Assembly: GCA_964270895.1 (NCBI GenBank)
Contig: OZ185437.1
DNA from: Podarcis filfolensis
Taxonomy: Eukaryota
DNA: 64,000 bases
Reading direction: 5' to 3' (one strand)
Shown: in pieces, positions 51,205 through 64,000 of the stretch
Layout of the letters: each line of letters opens with the position of its first letter
Numbering within the stretch: position 1 is the stretch's first letter
Notes under the pieces: model-generated
Databases searched by the model: none
Seen by the model: the letters and a program-made list of their open reading frames with translations, nothing else
Told to the model about the DNA's origin: nothing
Translations under genes and position numbers: made by a program

Positions 51205-51881
51205 TAAATACAAATAAACAGCAGTATAGGATTAGTTCAAAGGGAAGGTGGTCCTCTTCACAAAGGCCAGGAAACTCCAAAAGCAAGCCAGACCAGTACA
51301 ATGTAATAGTTGTGTCTTCATAAAGCTGGTCAATTTTCATCACTACAAAAATGCAACATATTCAGGTCTAATGAAATAGATATGTATCCAGAACTCCCAG
51401 TACAGGATTTGTTTTCATCTTAATTCATGTTCATAATCACGGCTAATGCACTGCTACTAGATTCTGATTTATGCTGTAAGCCGTTTAAAGTTCTGTCGCA
51501 TCAATTTGGCAGCAAGCTATGTTATGTATAGGTGAAAGCAACTGTGAAAAATGGGCCTACAATGTTTTATCCTTGAAATCTAACCTTTAGGTTTTATCAT
51601 TGTTGAGTGCCCCTAATGTACTGTGTAAGCTTCAGCGTGTAATTTAACGGGTGAATGGGATTTGCCCATCACTGAAATTGGTGAAATTCCACCAATGCGT
51701 TTGAGACTGCATCACTGCTAGTCATCTGTGAATCGCTCTTTTACAGCTTTGCCCTAAAATTTGTTGTGCCAGCAAAAATGTGCTTAGAAGAACAAGGCAA
51801 ACCAACTGTTGTGTCAGCACATCACTGGCCATAATATTGTGATGCTATTGGCAGATGTTCAAGTATAATTGTTGGTGGATA

Positions 51882-51882
51882 G

Positions 51883-51911
<29 letters not shown>
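51882..51911. repeat. (CA)n microsatellite
   Basis: Directly visible. Confidence 0.95.
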
Positions 51912-51913
<2 letters not shown>

Positions 51914-52567
51914 TAGTTAGCATTGACATCTAAATGTGAGCTGGTGCTTCACCATCCATCAAATGAAAACTTTTGATTCCGTCTATTCTGGGCCCTCTCA
52001 ATGAAACATGGCACTGAGGGAATCCTTTGACAGGTACAGTATGTGGATGAGGCAAGCAAAAGAATAGCACATCTGTCCTCACTTGGTTAAAATCCTGAAA
52101 GGCTTGCTAGCAGTAGGTGGGATAAAAAGGGCCAAAGCAAGCACTGCAAGGAGGGGACTGAAGCCTTTTCCCGACTCTACATTTTGGTATTCACCCAAGC
52201 CAGAAATGAGCTATGGCTCGCAAGCTTGCTTTGGAGAGCAAGTAGTTTTGATGGAATTGCAAAACAGCACTTGTGCTATTTGAATTAGAGTGAACTAAGG
52301 GGGAAAGTGTGTGTGTACATAGCTCATTCATGCAGTAGCAAACTACGGTTTAGTTTATGCCTGAAGTAAACCAGAGTAGGTAAATGGTGGCAGTGGTCTT
52401 TTCAAGCTATGAAATCTCAATTAAATTGTTTTCATACGTGGCCTGCAGTTGGCACTTTCAGCCCCAGGCTACACATGAAAACAAAAAATAAGCTTCTCTA
52501 CACACTGGTTTTTAAATTTTGCTGATTTTGCCTGTATTTTGCTGATTTTGCCTGTATATTATCGATA

Positions 52568-52800
52568 CAGTGGTACCTCAGGTTAAGTACTTAATTTGTT
52601 CCAGAGGTCTGTACTTAACCTGAAACTGTTCTTAACCATTAGCTAAAGCACCACTTTAGCTAATGGGGGCCTCCTGCTGCTGCCGCACCGCTGGAGCACG
52701 ATTTCTGTTCTCATCCTGAGGCAAAGTTCTTAACCTGAAGCACTATTTCTGGGTTAGCGGAGTCTGTAACCTGAAGCGTATGTAACCTGAGGTACCACTG
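52568..52800. mobile_element. Tigger-like MITE
   Basis: Both TIRs and TA TSD. Confidence 0.93.
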
Positions 52801-55800
52801 TAGTTTTTTTCTTTATTTTTGTGTGCATGAAACCGTTGACAATTATTCTCATTTAGTCCTAACCCTTTAAGCCAGTGGTGAGGAGCTCATGGCCCTCCAG
52901 ATGGGCTCCATCTCCCATCAGCCCAAGCCTGCACGGCCAATGATGATGGGGATTTTCCTACCCTTACAATATACTATTCACTATGTCATACTGATCCCAG
53001 CTTTAGCTGTTCCTAACATGAAGGTTTCTGAATAAATTGCAGCTGTGCGTGACTCTGGATTCTTCCCAGCACTTCCCAACTGATTGTATCTACTGCATCA
53101 CAATAGCACTTGCATCACAATGCTACACAGACCTTGAGTTCATGGCCTCAGGCAAGGATGCAACTTTCTTTCATCATCCTGCAGAGGTGGGTGGCTTACA
53201 CCAGCGTTTTCGTTTGGACTCACATCTTTCCGCTTCAGGCGTGTTCAAGTGACCCACAGTTAAAAATTCATTTCCAAAACTATAGGGCAGAGAGGTAAGA
53301 GAGTCTATCTATCCATACACAACCTTGTAGAATGAGGAAACATCACTTGTGTCCTGCAACTAGACATATTATTAAATTGTATGAACTTTAGTGCTTAAGA
53401 AAAATAAAGCGATGCCAGGCTCCCAAGTCAGTCTGGAAACAGCGCTTTCTGATCTAGAGGTCCTTTAGTTGCTGATGTGCCGGGATTCTGCACTTCCTCA
53501 GTGGTCATATAAATGTCCTCAGCTTATTCAAGGGCATTTTTTTCCTTTTCATGTATCTCATGATTAAGCCCTGGCTTTGAAAACAAGGTGTCAGGGCTGA
53601 GCCCCAGTACAAATTTAATACAGATTGCCTTCATGAAAATTTTAATCCCCTCCCACAAACTAAGTTGGAGAAAGCTACGTCTGTATTCGTTCTTTCCAGC
53701 GGTTGCACATTCGAAGCGAATGCTGCATCAGCAAGGACTGTTATTCTGGGACAAATGGTTTTGTATCGCAGAGCCAACCTGAATTAGTTGGTTTCTGACA
53801 TCCTCTTAAATTGCTTCTCTCCACACTGCAAACTCTGCCAAGAAGTGCAGCATTGGCGCAATTTCCTTCATCTTTCATAAGTGAAGCGACACAACGTTCC
53901 TGTTCTTCCGTCACAAGAGACTTGTCCGAGTGGAACAAAATTCTGCCCTGCACTCCCCCTCCCGTGAACCTTTAAAATCAGCATGGAGAGAAGTGCAGCT
54001 GCACTAGAACTTTGCACTAGATACAACTTGATGTGATCAACTCCCCCCTCCCTGTATTTTATTCAAGTTGGTACCTTTGCTTGCACGTAAGCCAAGGTCT
54101 GTTTCTGCTCTGGAAAGGTAGGGATGGTCACATGAGGGTGGTTGTGGGGATGCTCTGGCTATACATGATTTTAGATCCCTGGAATGCAGCCTCAATATCA
54201 CCAGAGATATTTTGTCCCATGCATTTTTTTTTATTGCAGCATCTTGAAGTTGGAACCTTCTTCTCAAGCCAAAACTTTTTAAAATTAGAGTAACAAGATA
54301 CAATGATTTCAAGGTATCATTGAAGACTATGGGCACTTGGTATTCATTACCGATATCCCAAATCAGCACTGGAAAAGGAAGCAAAAGGAAATGCAGGCCA
54401 TTACAAATGGATTGTTTGGTGAGCAGAGCATCAATCCAAGGTTCTGCTGATGCACACTGCAAAATCCAGAGATCTATCAAATGCTGCTTTTGAATTCAAG
54501 CAAGCTGACTACTATGTGCAATATTTTGCCTGTGCCCTTACAAAATAGCTCACTCCAATGACCATGAGTCATAATTGAGTCTGGCAGATAAGTGTGGTAA
54601 AAATAACTTCATTATGGAACTAATCCAAAAAAAAAAAAAAAAATCCAAAGAAGCAGAAGACTCTGGCTGTGATAGTGAACAGAACTTTATTTAGATCAAA
54701 AGGTTAATTGGGGGCTTATAAGAAAAGATGGCAAGCCAGTGACACAGTTCTGTGACCCCATATAATCCATTCCACCTCTATAGCAATATATAATGGGTTG
54801 AATATCTAGCGAGAGAAATATAATTTCTGTGAAACCTGCCCTAATTTTTTTAAAATTGTATCTAGTGCTGTCCTTACATGAGCAGAACAGTCTACTGCTT
54901 CCACCTCCCAGAGGATTGGGAGACCTTCAGAGAAGGGTGCTTTCTTGGGGGGGGGGGTTTCGCAGAGGGTTGAAAGGGGAGGTGAACACTGGGTTACATT
55001 AATATAGACATAAACAAACATTTCCTTGTGGCTTACAAGAACATATTGAAAACGATGTAATAATTCAAAACCAACAATAAGACAGCAAAAATCCCATTCG
55101 TTACACTCACAAACATACATACATACACACACGGGGGGGGGAGGGAGGGAGAGGTGGCACAAATTATTTATCATAAGTTTGCAGACAATGCTCCTAAGAG
55201 TTATATATACTCCTACATGATGGAATGCACTAGTTTTAAAAAAGGAGTATGTTGACCAAGCAAGTGGACATCATTTCAAGATTTTATGAAGTGCACCAAG
55301 AGCTTTTGGGTAAAACCTACAAAGGTTCCAACCCATCATTTGTGTATAAATACCCACGTATTACTTTTATGATCTCTTAATTTGTATAGCATGACATTTA
55401 CTTGTACACAATCGTTATCGGTGCATAGAAGTGTCACACTGAAAATGACACTTGACTAGAGAGCATGTAAATCAACAAGTTCTTCCAGAATTTACAGGAA
55501 AGGGGTAAAAGCTAAATCAGAAAATGTTGACGTGTGGCATGAAGGGGAAATGAAAGCTCTCATGGCATCGCTGACAATTATGAAGGCAACTGTTGAGCAT
55601 AACTGGCTGTCAGGAACATGAAAATGTTGGTAAATATAACAGCAGATCTCAACAGCTCACACTGTGTGTGTGTTTGATTGGAGTTGTCACTTTTAAACAC
55701 CATCCTGCTACATGTTCCAAGGATGACTGAAATAACAAAACTTGAAAATATTTTGTAGACTATGGGTTGGATTCAGACCTGCTGTTCCACAAATGGAAGG

Positions 55801-57567
55801 GCTCCTTCTGTTCGTGGAAGTATGTTGGATCCAGTGGAGGTTTCTACTCCGTGGGTGGAAAGAGGAGAAGCCCATTTTTGCCAATACCGCACTACACCGC
55901 TGCCCCATTGTCACTTCCCATTAGGGCCACCAACCTTCAAATGCTGGTTTTTGGGAGGCATGGGGAGGGAGAATCAACAAAATAACTTCCTCCCTCTTCC
56001 ATGCATCCAGTTTGAGATGTTCCACTCTGACCAATGACTACACTCCACACAACAGTTAAGGTGCATATTAAGGACCAAAATGTCACATTATTTAGTTTTC
56101 AACTGGGACTGTGTTTGTGAAAGACGGAACAGCAATATTGTGTCATCTGTTATTTAGAGCCAACATAGGAAGAGCTTTTATTTACTTAGGACAGAGACCT
56201 AGAATTTTCTACAGCTTGGCCTCTGATTCATCCAAGACACAGAGGTTTAAACATTTGTCTGTCTGGAGTCTGCCGTGGTGTGGCCAAAACATAATTTGCT
56301 GGTGCAGTTGACAGACAGCATAATCTATAATATTTTCCAAATGCTAGTGAGTCAACATTTGTACAAGCCAGCCATGACTCATTCTTCCAAGTGAAAGCTT
56401 GTTACTGATACGTTAAGATATAAAGTAAATGGTTCTAGTAATTCATCGAATTCCAAGGTCTATAAACTCCAGGTCTTTTTAGAAACATATAAGGCAGCTG
56501 GTCATATCTTAAAATAATGGCTGGGATCCAAAAAATCTGGCCTTGAAACAGATCAGAGGATTTCCCCCTCTTGTACTAAGATACAGCACCTAGCATAGAA
56601 TAACAGTGGCATGTTTCAAATGTTCCTACAGGAAGAAAGTGGTCAGGGCTTGGATACTGGCAGAAATGTCAAAACCAGCCAAATGCGTACCAATGAAACA
56701 GACGGCAATTTGAAACTTGGGCAAAATGTAGTCTCTTTCTACTTGTTTTTATAAAGAATAGGTACAACTTAGAGATGAATGTTTATCAGAAATTATCTTC
56801 AGTCTTCACACGTGGGTACAAAACATGTGAAGGGGCTTTTGAGAAAATACCAGACTAACTTCATCCTCTAAATAAGGAATAGTCAATGTGTTGCCTAGCA
56901 GATGCTGTTGGACTACAGCTCCCATCATTCCAGTTCATTGGTAATGTGAGCTGGGGATGATGGGAGTTGTAGACTGATAACATATTGAAGTCACGTGCTG
57001 GCTATCCTTGCCCCACATGCAACAGCTGATACGTCATTGGCACCAGACTGAAGGGACCCTATGGATTTTATGGGTACAGGCTCCCCTCATGTCAATCATG
57101 TGTCACTCAGAGGACATGGACAAAATATGTGTTACTGTCTAGGGGGCAGAGCTAGTTGCAGGAGTGTTATTCAAAGCCCCTTCATGAGGTCAGTCCCCCC
57201 CCCCACCAGTGCTAAGCAATTGAAATGGGTAAAGCTATTCTGTACTTTTAAAAACTGGTGGTGAACTGGTGAAGTGTGATGTCAATTGATCATATATTGC
57301 ATTTATGCTTATTTATGCATTTATTTCTAGGTTTATGAAATAAGAACACCATCTAACCTACCTCCACAAAAGAGCTTTCTGTAAAAGTACCGTTTTAGAA
57401 GGTGAGTTTCTGGAAAAGATGTTGATTTTCACTCAGAATATTAATTTACCTAACCCAAATAGTTCTTCCAACAGATTTCCAAGTATACTTGTAACTGTGA
57501 CTTTACATTTTGAATAAATACTGAGTTAGTAACAAGAGACCTTAACGTTCTCTACTCTTTTTTCCAG

Positions 57568-57637
57568 GGGTTGTAATGGCAGGTACAGCAATAAGACTGC
57601 GACAATTTGTAGATACATCACCACAAATGCCTCCAGG
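57568..57637 (+). CDS. Host-gene exon (GVVMAGTAIRLRQFVDTSPQMPP, phase 1-2)
   Basis: Acceptor tctactcttttttccag; donor AGG|gtaaag; 70 nt, open, in phase with the next exon. Confidence 0.75.
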
Positions 57638-58041
57638 GTAAAGTATCAAAAACAAAGCCCAGTTCCTTCAGAAACAGGTTCAGGATTTCACAAAACATTG
57701 CACTAACCAAGCAAGTTCAAGCCTGTCTGACAAATCCTTATTATAAAGGCTCAAGAACAGTATTTGAGAACATCTAAACTTTAAAATTTGCATTTCATGT
57801 ACTTTGATAATCTCTACTATCACCTGGCAATCTGGAGAAAGTTTTAATAAAAAAACCCCAGGCCTAATTAATTAATGTAAAAAAAGAGAAAGCTCCAGAA
57901 GACAACAAATGCAAGTTGTGTGACATATTTAAACAGTTCACTAATAATTATTTGTAGAGATTTATAGAGTTTCAGACAGGAAATCTCAGCACAGAATTTG
58001 AATACTGAATCCCAATAATGATTTTTCCTTGCTTTTTCTAG

Positions 58042-58134
58042 GTATATCCTACATCAGGGAAAGGATGTTGTTGGTTACTATCCAGGGCAAACGGCAAGGG
58101 TTCATTATGAATATCCTCCTGAAAGTGAGAGAAG
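58042..58134 (+). CDS. Host-gene exon (GYILHQGKDVVGYYPGQTARVHYEYPPESER, phase 2-2)
   Basis: Acceptor ttccttgctttttctag; donor AAG|gtatga; 93 nt, open, protein-like composition. Confidence 0.78.
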
Positions 58135-58336
58135 GTATGAAATGTATTTTGAACAGCTGCTCGCCCCTTAGGAGGTGTTCTAATTAATTAAGGTATGAGA
58201 AGTTGGCAGCAATTGCACACCGAGACAGTTCTGCATATGGCCCTTTACTGCCTTAACATTAGAAATTTATTGTGACAGGTAGGACACACACAAAAGCTTT
58301 TCCCCGGGCCTGTCTTGCACTCTTCCCATTTATCAG

Positions 58337-58343
58337 ACGTTGA
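58337..58343 (+). CDS. Possible terminal coding exon (..RR-stop)
   Basis: Acceptor cactcttcccatttatcag; in phase 2 it reads (AG)A CGT TGA. Confidence 0.3.
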
Positions 58344-58601
58344 AAAGGTCAACATTGATAGAACCTTTGTTACTCCCTCCATTCGGCTCTCAGGTGACTG
58401 GAACGCCTTATTAAAATACTCAAGAACCCCATTGTTACCTGGGGGTGTCATGCATGGTGCACACCATAGAATGGTGACGTGGATGGAAATAGCTTGCCAG
58501 CACAACCACTAGATCAACATGATGCAAGCAACAATCCAACATTTATAGGGACTATGTTGGCAGCCTGGTTATTATTTCAATTTCATTGTTCTGTATGGGA
58601 C

Positions 58602-58764
58602 NNNNNNNNNNNNNNNNNNNNNNNNNNNNNNNNNNNNNNNNNNNNNNNNNNNNNNNNNNNNNNNNNNNNNNNNNNNNNNNNNNNNNNNNNNNNNNNNNNN
58701 NNNNNNNNNNNNNNNNNNNNNNNNNNNNNNNNNNNNNNNNNNNNNNNNNNNNNNNNNNNNNNNN
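58602..58764. other. Assembly gap (163 N)
   Basis: Run of N. Confidence 1.
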
Positions 58765-59061
58765 TTCAGCAGTGGTTTTCCCACTTGCTGAAAGCCCTCC
58801 CTACTGAAGTGTACCTGCTTCCATCATCACAAACTTTCAGGAAGAATTCAAAAACAGTCTCTCTTTATCCAGGCATTAGGTGGCTGAAGAATACCGTTCC
58901 TGGCAATTGCTGGATGGAATCATGTTTTCAACTATGGCTGCTTTTAGAATGTTTTCTAACCTGTACTAGAATGTTTTGTTTCTAAATTGTGTATCTGTTT
59001 GTGGCCCTGGGCTCCTTTGGGAGGGAGGTTAGGTTATAAATTCAATAACATAATAATAATG
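58765..59061 (+). mobile_element. Old L2 3' end
   Basis: ttcagcagtggttttcccact...gccctccc...ggctcctttgggagggagg...(taa)n tail. Confidence 0.65.
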
Positions 59062-62000
59062 CCTTTGCTTTTCACGCAAAGTGTATTTGAAGTAAGTACT
59101 CAGAAGTCCTAAGCTGTTAATTTGGCATAAACAGAGTCACTTCACACATCTGAATGTAAATTCCTCAAAAGTGCTCCCAGAATACTTAGAATTAGTTAGC
59201 ATCACCTGAATGCAGATTTGACGCTTCTGGTGTTGAGGAACAGACACTGACCCACAAAATAAATTTAATGCACACACATACAATCTACCAGAGTGCTAAA
59301 GAAGGGGAGGTGAAAGTTTGAGGATGTTTAAAATGGATTGTAAAGCTTGGTCTATTTGACTCATCTAGCCAATTTGTCACCCTATCTTAAAAAGAAAAAT
59401 GAATCCCCAAAGAGAGGAAATGTGGACTAGTGGTTAAAGCATAGGATTTCCCCCTCCCAACCAGATCAATCCTGTTTTGAATGTGCATTAGCCCTACATT
59501 ACTCTCCATTAGTTACTGTTAATAGTATAAATGCGGGCCTTTTGTACTCTCATGTAATTCTTGATACATAAGTAAAGGTTTCTCATGAGGATACTTAATT
59601 TAAAAAAAAAACCCTCCAGCTAGTATTGAAAGCTATTTATTATATGTTACAGTAAGCTTCCACAACAGAATAAAATCAAGCAGTTTACTCTGCTGCAAGT
59701 GCAAAGTGCACAGCCTCATTTGCACTACCTCAAGAACCCGATATTCAGTTGGCACAAACAATAGCTTATTATGAGTCTGGCTGTAAGCTGCCATGCTGCT
59801 AATGCCTATTAGACTATAGCTGGATTATAACTGAATGGTCCATTTCAATAGGATATTAGAATAAGTATTTAGATATTTGGCTACTCTTACAGGCAGCTCA
59901 TGTTTTACCAAGCCGGGTGTCAACACAAGATTACTGAATTGTTTTATCTTTTTCATAAAGCCTTTATAGAAAAATGCAGACAGTCCCAGTAAAACGTGAA
60001 ACTGTACTTCAGCATGACTATGACTATATAGTTCTGAAGCAATATATTCACTACCAGAGGACCAAGAAGAAAGTCAGTGACTGGTGTACAACAACAACAA
60101 CATACAGAGAAGCATTTACGTTACCATTTTACAAATCAGGTGGGTAAATTCTTAGCCAGATAACATACACAACCTACGTTTAGGTTAGGAAAGCTCTTCA
60201 ATCTTATAAAAAAATAACTTTATGTATTGATTTGCACATTCACTTTCATATACTTTTTTTCTTTGCAATAAAAAGGCCAACAGAAGCTTTTGACCTTACA
60301 CAGAAGCAAAGCACAGTAGTATCTTCCTTTTTAAGAAATAAATGTGGAAGGTAGCCATTAGGCTGGCTTTTAAAAAAATCCTTCACTGTTAAACATATTT
60401 ATATAAATGTTGATGTGCATTACATGCCTTCATCACAGCTTGGAAGGGAGCTAATCGTACTGTTCCCCACCTAGAGCGGAAGAGAGTAAATGCAAGAATA
60501 TAGCGAGAGGTTAGCCCAACAGTTTTCATGAAAATCAACAATTGCATTAAACATCAACAAGCATTTAACCAGCGATTTGAAGGGCTTGATTTCTGAAAAT
60601 GGAAAAAAAAACAGTTTTGATATTTTAAAAATACATACGCAATTGAAATTAGTGCAAAAAAGAAGACGAACTTCCATCCTGCAAGCTCTGTGTATCAGGT
60701 AAAGCTATTAGCTCATGGATTAGCAGTCTACTATGAGATAATCCCAACGCTGGTATTTTGGCAGAAAGCCCTTCTGCCCAACAATTGCCTACAGATTAAA
60801 ATATCCTTCTTCGCCCTTTCCAGAAGGATAAACTTCTCTGAAGTATGCGATGCTTGTCATCCTCTGAGAATATACAGGTCTGAATTCAAAGAACTGTGAT
60901 GCTTCTGTGAACCCATGGGAGTTTTGGACTTGCTTCTCACAAGAAGCAGGGCCTTAAACTACAGGATAAATCTCTTCAAACAAAGGACCAAGTCTAATAT
61001 GGCACCAGGGCTGGGGGCGGGTGCCACACAAAGGGGAAAAGTCACACCAAAGTTCTTTTTTAGAGGTCCGCATGAGCTCTGCAGAGGTCTTCCAAGAAAT
61101 CATGTGGCTTTATAGCTGAACTGGTGGGCAACTAAATTCATTTTCTGCAACAGTGCTTGATACAACTGTTACTGTTTCAATGTCTCTAGGTTAAGATCAA
61201 CAATGGTTTAATAGTCCAAGCTCTGTAGTTCTTCTTCCACCATTGGGCTGAGATTAAATAATGATTTATCAGTTCAGAATAACCAATCAAGTGGATGTGG
61301 AGGAGGAAGAGCTAACACACAGTTCGGATGGGTCAAAAGCTAGAATGAGAAATAAAAATGCAACAGCCATAGCAGGGCACCTTGGTTGTTTTTTTTAATG
61401 CGATCTACAGAGCCTTCAGAAAAAGGCACATTGCTGAGGAATAGTTACATGAAGCGTCTGGTATATGCTTTTTTATGTGACTGGGGTGTGCGGGATGGAA
61501 GTGTTAGAAGCTGCCCGTCAATTATCAACAGGTTTTGAATTCATTAATTCCTTCTGAATTCAAGCAGCAAGGCCAATAATGATTTTATGTTTAAATTATA
61601 GACATTGCTGAGGATTATCATCCAAAAACTGATGCTGAATCACAGTCTGTTTGGAAAAGTTTTTCTGCAAAGAAGAAAGACAAAACTAAACCTTCATTTA
61701 TGGGAGTTGGATAAATCCTTTCAGCCAAGCTGTGTGGGGTTTTTTAAAACACACACACATCGAAAAACAAGATGGAATAACCTTTCAAGACTGCCGCTCA
61801 CAAAAGTACTAAAGACGACTTCTTATACTATATGGATAGTGTTGCAATTTTAAATATGTTCTGAACTGCTTTGAACACTTCTGAAACTTGATTTTAGAGA
61901 TGGAAAAGCTTGACGGTAATAGGTATCAAAAGGGGGGGGAGACATATCTTTTGGGGGGGCAGCCTTTCAGAGCTGCAACTGCAAAGCACAGGCAGAAGTT

Positions 62001-64000
62001 AATCAATGTTACAAAAGGCTTCTTCTCTTCTCTCTCTCCCCCACCCCTGGCAAAAAAAATTGACCATGACTTCTTTGTCCCAGAAAGGCAGGAGTAAAAA
62101 ACAATGGGAGGTGTACTTAGATCACTTCTGTCCCCTATGCATATTTCCAGGGAACTTACAAGGACTATATTCACTTCTGAGTGCCCCTGCCCCTGCCCTG
62201 CAATAGTGCACAATGCAGGGCAAAATAAAACATACTAGGACTTAAATTGGGAAAGGAATAGGATTCCATCCCCTCTTCCACCCCATTAGAGCAATACTGC
62301 TCTTCTTTCACCTTGCTCTGGAGATGTGGAAGCAACCAGGATGGCCAAGCTAGGGACCAGAAGCTTGAATGAGATTACTGTTTTGTAAAACTCTGCAAAC
62401 TGCTTCCTCTTTACCCATACTAGAATGTTTAACACTGGAAAGACGTGAGATGCAGGGTATCATATATAGACCTATCCCAATTTTTGCAATATAGGAACAC
62501 CCACAGGTCACTGGAAGAAGCTGTAAGGAAAAGGTGAGGGATTGATACAATGTTGTTTTAGGGCTGCTGCCTCCCTTCCTCCATGTGTAACTCGGGATAA
62601 CCTTTAATGAATGATGCAGTGTTGTCTACGAAAGCTCATGCTATAATATATGTCTTGTCATTTAAGGTGTATAAGACTTTGCTGCTGCAAAAACACCAAA
62701 CAGTACCTACCCCCTGGGAATTTTAAAAGATTAGTTCGCAGACATGACAGTTATTTGTGATTTCAAAGGGGTTCTATCAGAGCATGCTGAATATTTTTCC
62801 TGTGTGCAGAAGCATGTGTGTTGCTAAGGGGTGTGTGGAAAGAATCACTTTATTTTTTAGTTAACACAGAACTATGCACCAGTGCATAGGTAGTTAGAAA
62901 AACATCCCTAGCAAACTGGAAATAGCAAATTGAGCAGATTTATTATGTGTTATCCCTGCTACCAGAACAAGTAATTGTGAATAAAAAGTTAAAAGGCAAA
63001 GACAAAAGAAAGCAGGCGGGGTGGGGGGATGTGCATTCTATGGGCTGGATCCTAAATTAGTTTTCTGTAAATAGGGGCCTCCCATTGGTGGAAGGAGACT
63101 GTTTTTGCAGATTCCTTCCTTCCCCTCTTCTGGAGTGCCCCCTCCCAAACACTCCAGAGCAGACTTTCAAAGGAGCTGCAGGGGAAGGCAAAAATCAGTG
63201 AAATTCACTTCTCACCCCTCACTTTTGCCAGAAGAAGCAATGCCCTGTAAATTTTGAAAATTCAGAACATATCACTGCTAATCCAGTAAGGCGGCCAGTT
63301 TTAAAGATAGATCCCAAAATTTGAGAGAAATATTTGAATAGGGAGAATTTTAAAAGTATCCATAACCAAAGCCTTCTCCAGAATCTAAACACAATAATGC
63401 TATTCCTGGCTTCAATGACGGGTTCTTCTAAAAAGTTTCCGTACTCCAAAAATAATCTTGGCATTAACAAAAAATAGCTGTCTGCAAGAAAACAAAACAA
63501 AACAGAAAACAGCAGCATACTGTTCTGATAAAAGGAAGTCAATCCACACATCAAAAAGAGAGAAAGACTAATGTTGTTTTATTCGGGTGGAAAAGCATCT
63601 TGATAGATGTGGTTGGAGTCAAAAAGATTAAAGGGAAAGTGAACACTTACTATCTCTGGAGAAGCAATTTGAAAAAGAGGGTTGGGGGTCCAAGGAGCTG
63701 AAGTGAGGAGGGAAGACAAGAAGACCTGTTGTGTGAGTGGACTGCTACTTACGCAGCTTGGATCCATCCCACTCTCTTTTCTTAACAGAAAATGCTTATT
63801 TTGGATTACCTACCCCTGGATTTCTGCATAAAGGTCTTCTTAACCAATTGTACACACCTGCAAAGTGGTGTATAGCACAATGTACCTCACAAGCAACAGT
63901 GGATGTGAAAGACCATGCTTATGTACAAACATACTCAGCAAGTGCATCAAAAATATTCAGTTTTTTTAAAGCTATTATGGCACCATGGTTTGTTTACCTG

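Noticed and set aside
1771-52800. CRISPR-like regular repeats
   Set aside because: The repeats are dispersed eukaryotic MITEs and SINEs, with no repeat-spacer array or cas genes.
53690-53960. CpG-retaining block with a 70-aa minus ORF
   Set aside because: No splice sites or recognisable domain; it may be conserved non-coding sequence, but this cannot be shown from the sequence alone.
58479-58985. ORFs spanning the N run
   Set aside because: Artefacts of the assembly gap.

Overview
Vertebrate genomic DNA with no prokaryotic features (no rRNA, tRNA genes or CRISPR). The repeat content (Sauria SINEs, Squam3-like SINEs, lizard-type L1/L2/CR1, pogo/Tigger and hAT MITEs) indicates a squamate, most likely a lacertid lizard (inference). 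Most of the window appears to be intron of a plus-strand protein-coding gene with very small exons. The best-supported exons are 14667-14720, 57568-57637 and 58042-58134; 5713-5733, 10033-10067, 27181-27219 and a stop exon at 58337 are weaker. I cannot name the protein. Most ORF-track entries are spurious. The most notable structures are: (1) a four-element nest at 1.8-5.3 kb, in which a Tigger-like MITE holds a non-autonomous ORF1-only L1, itself hit by a second L1 exactly at the ORF1 ATG with a 16-bp TSD, plus a mini hAT-like insert; (2) a 128-bp, 95%-identical inverted repeat at 40.2-40.9 kb whose mismatches are almost all G-U compatible in the sense pre-mRNA; (3) a possible decayed R4/R2-type retroelement at 8.4-9.5 kb; (4) overlapping let-7/miR-130 seed sites near 59.7 kb. 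There is one assembly gap (58602-58764). All family calls rest on recalled consensus motifs, not database searches.
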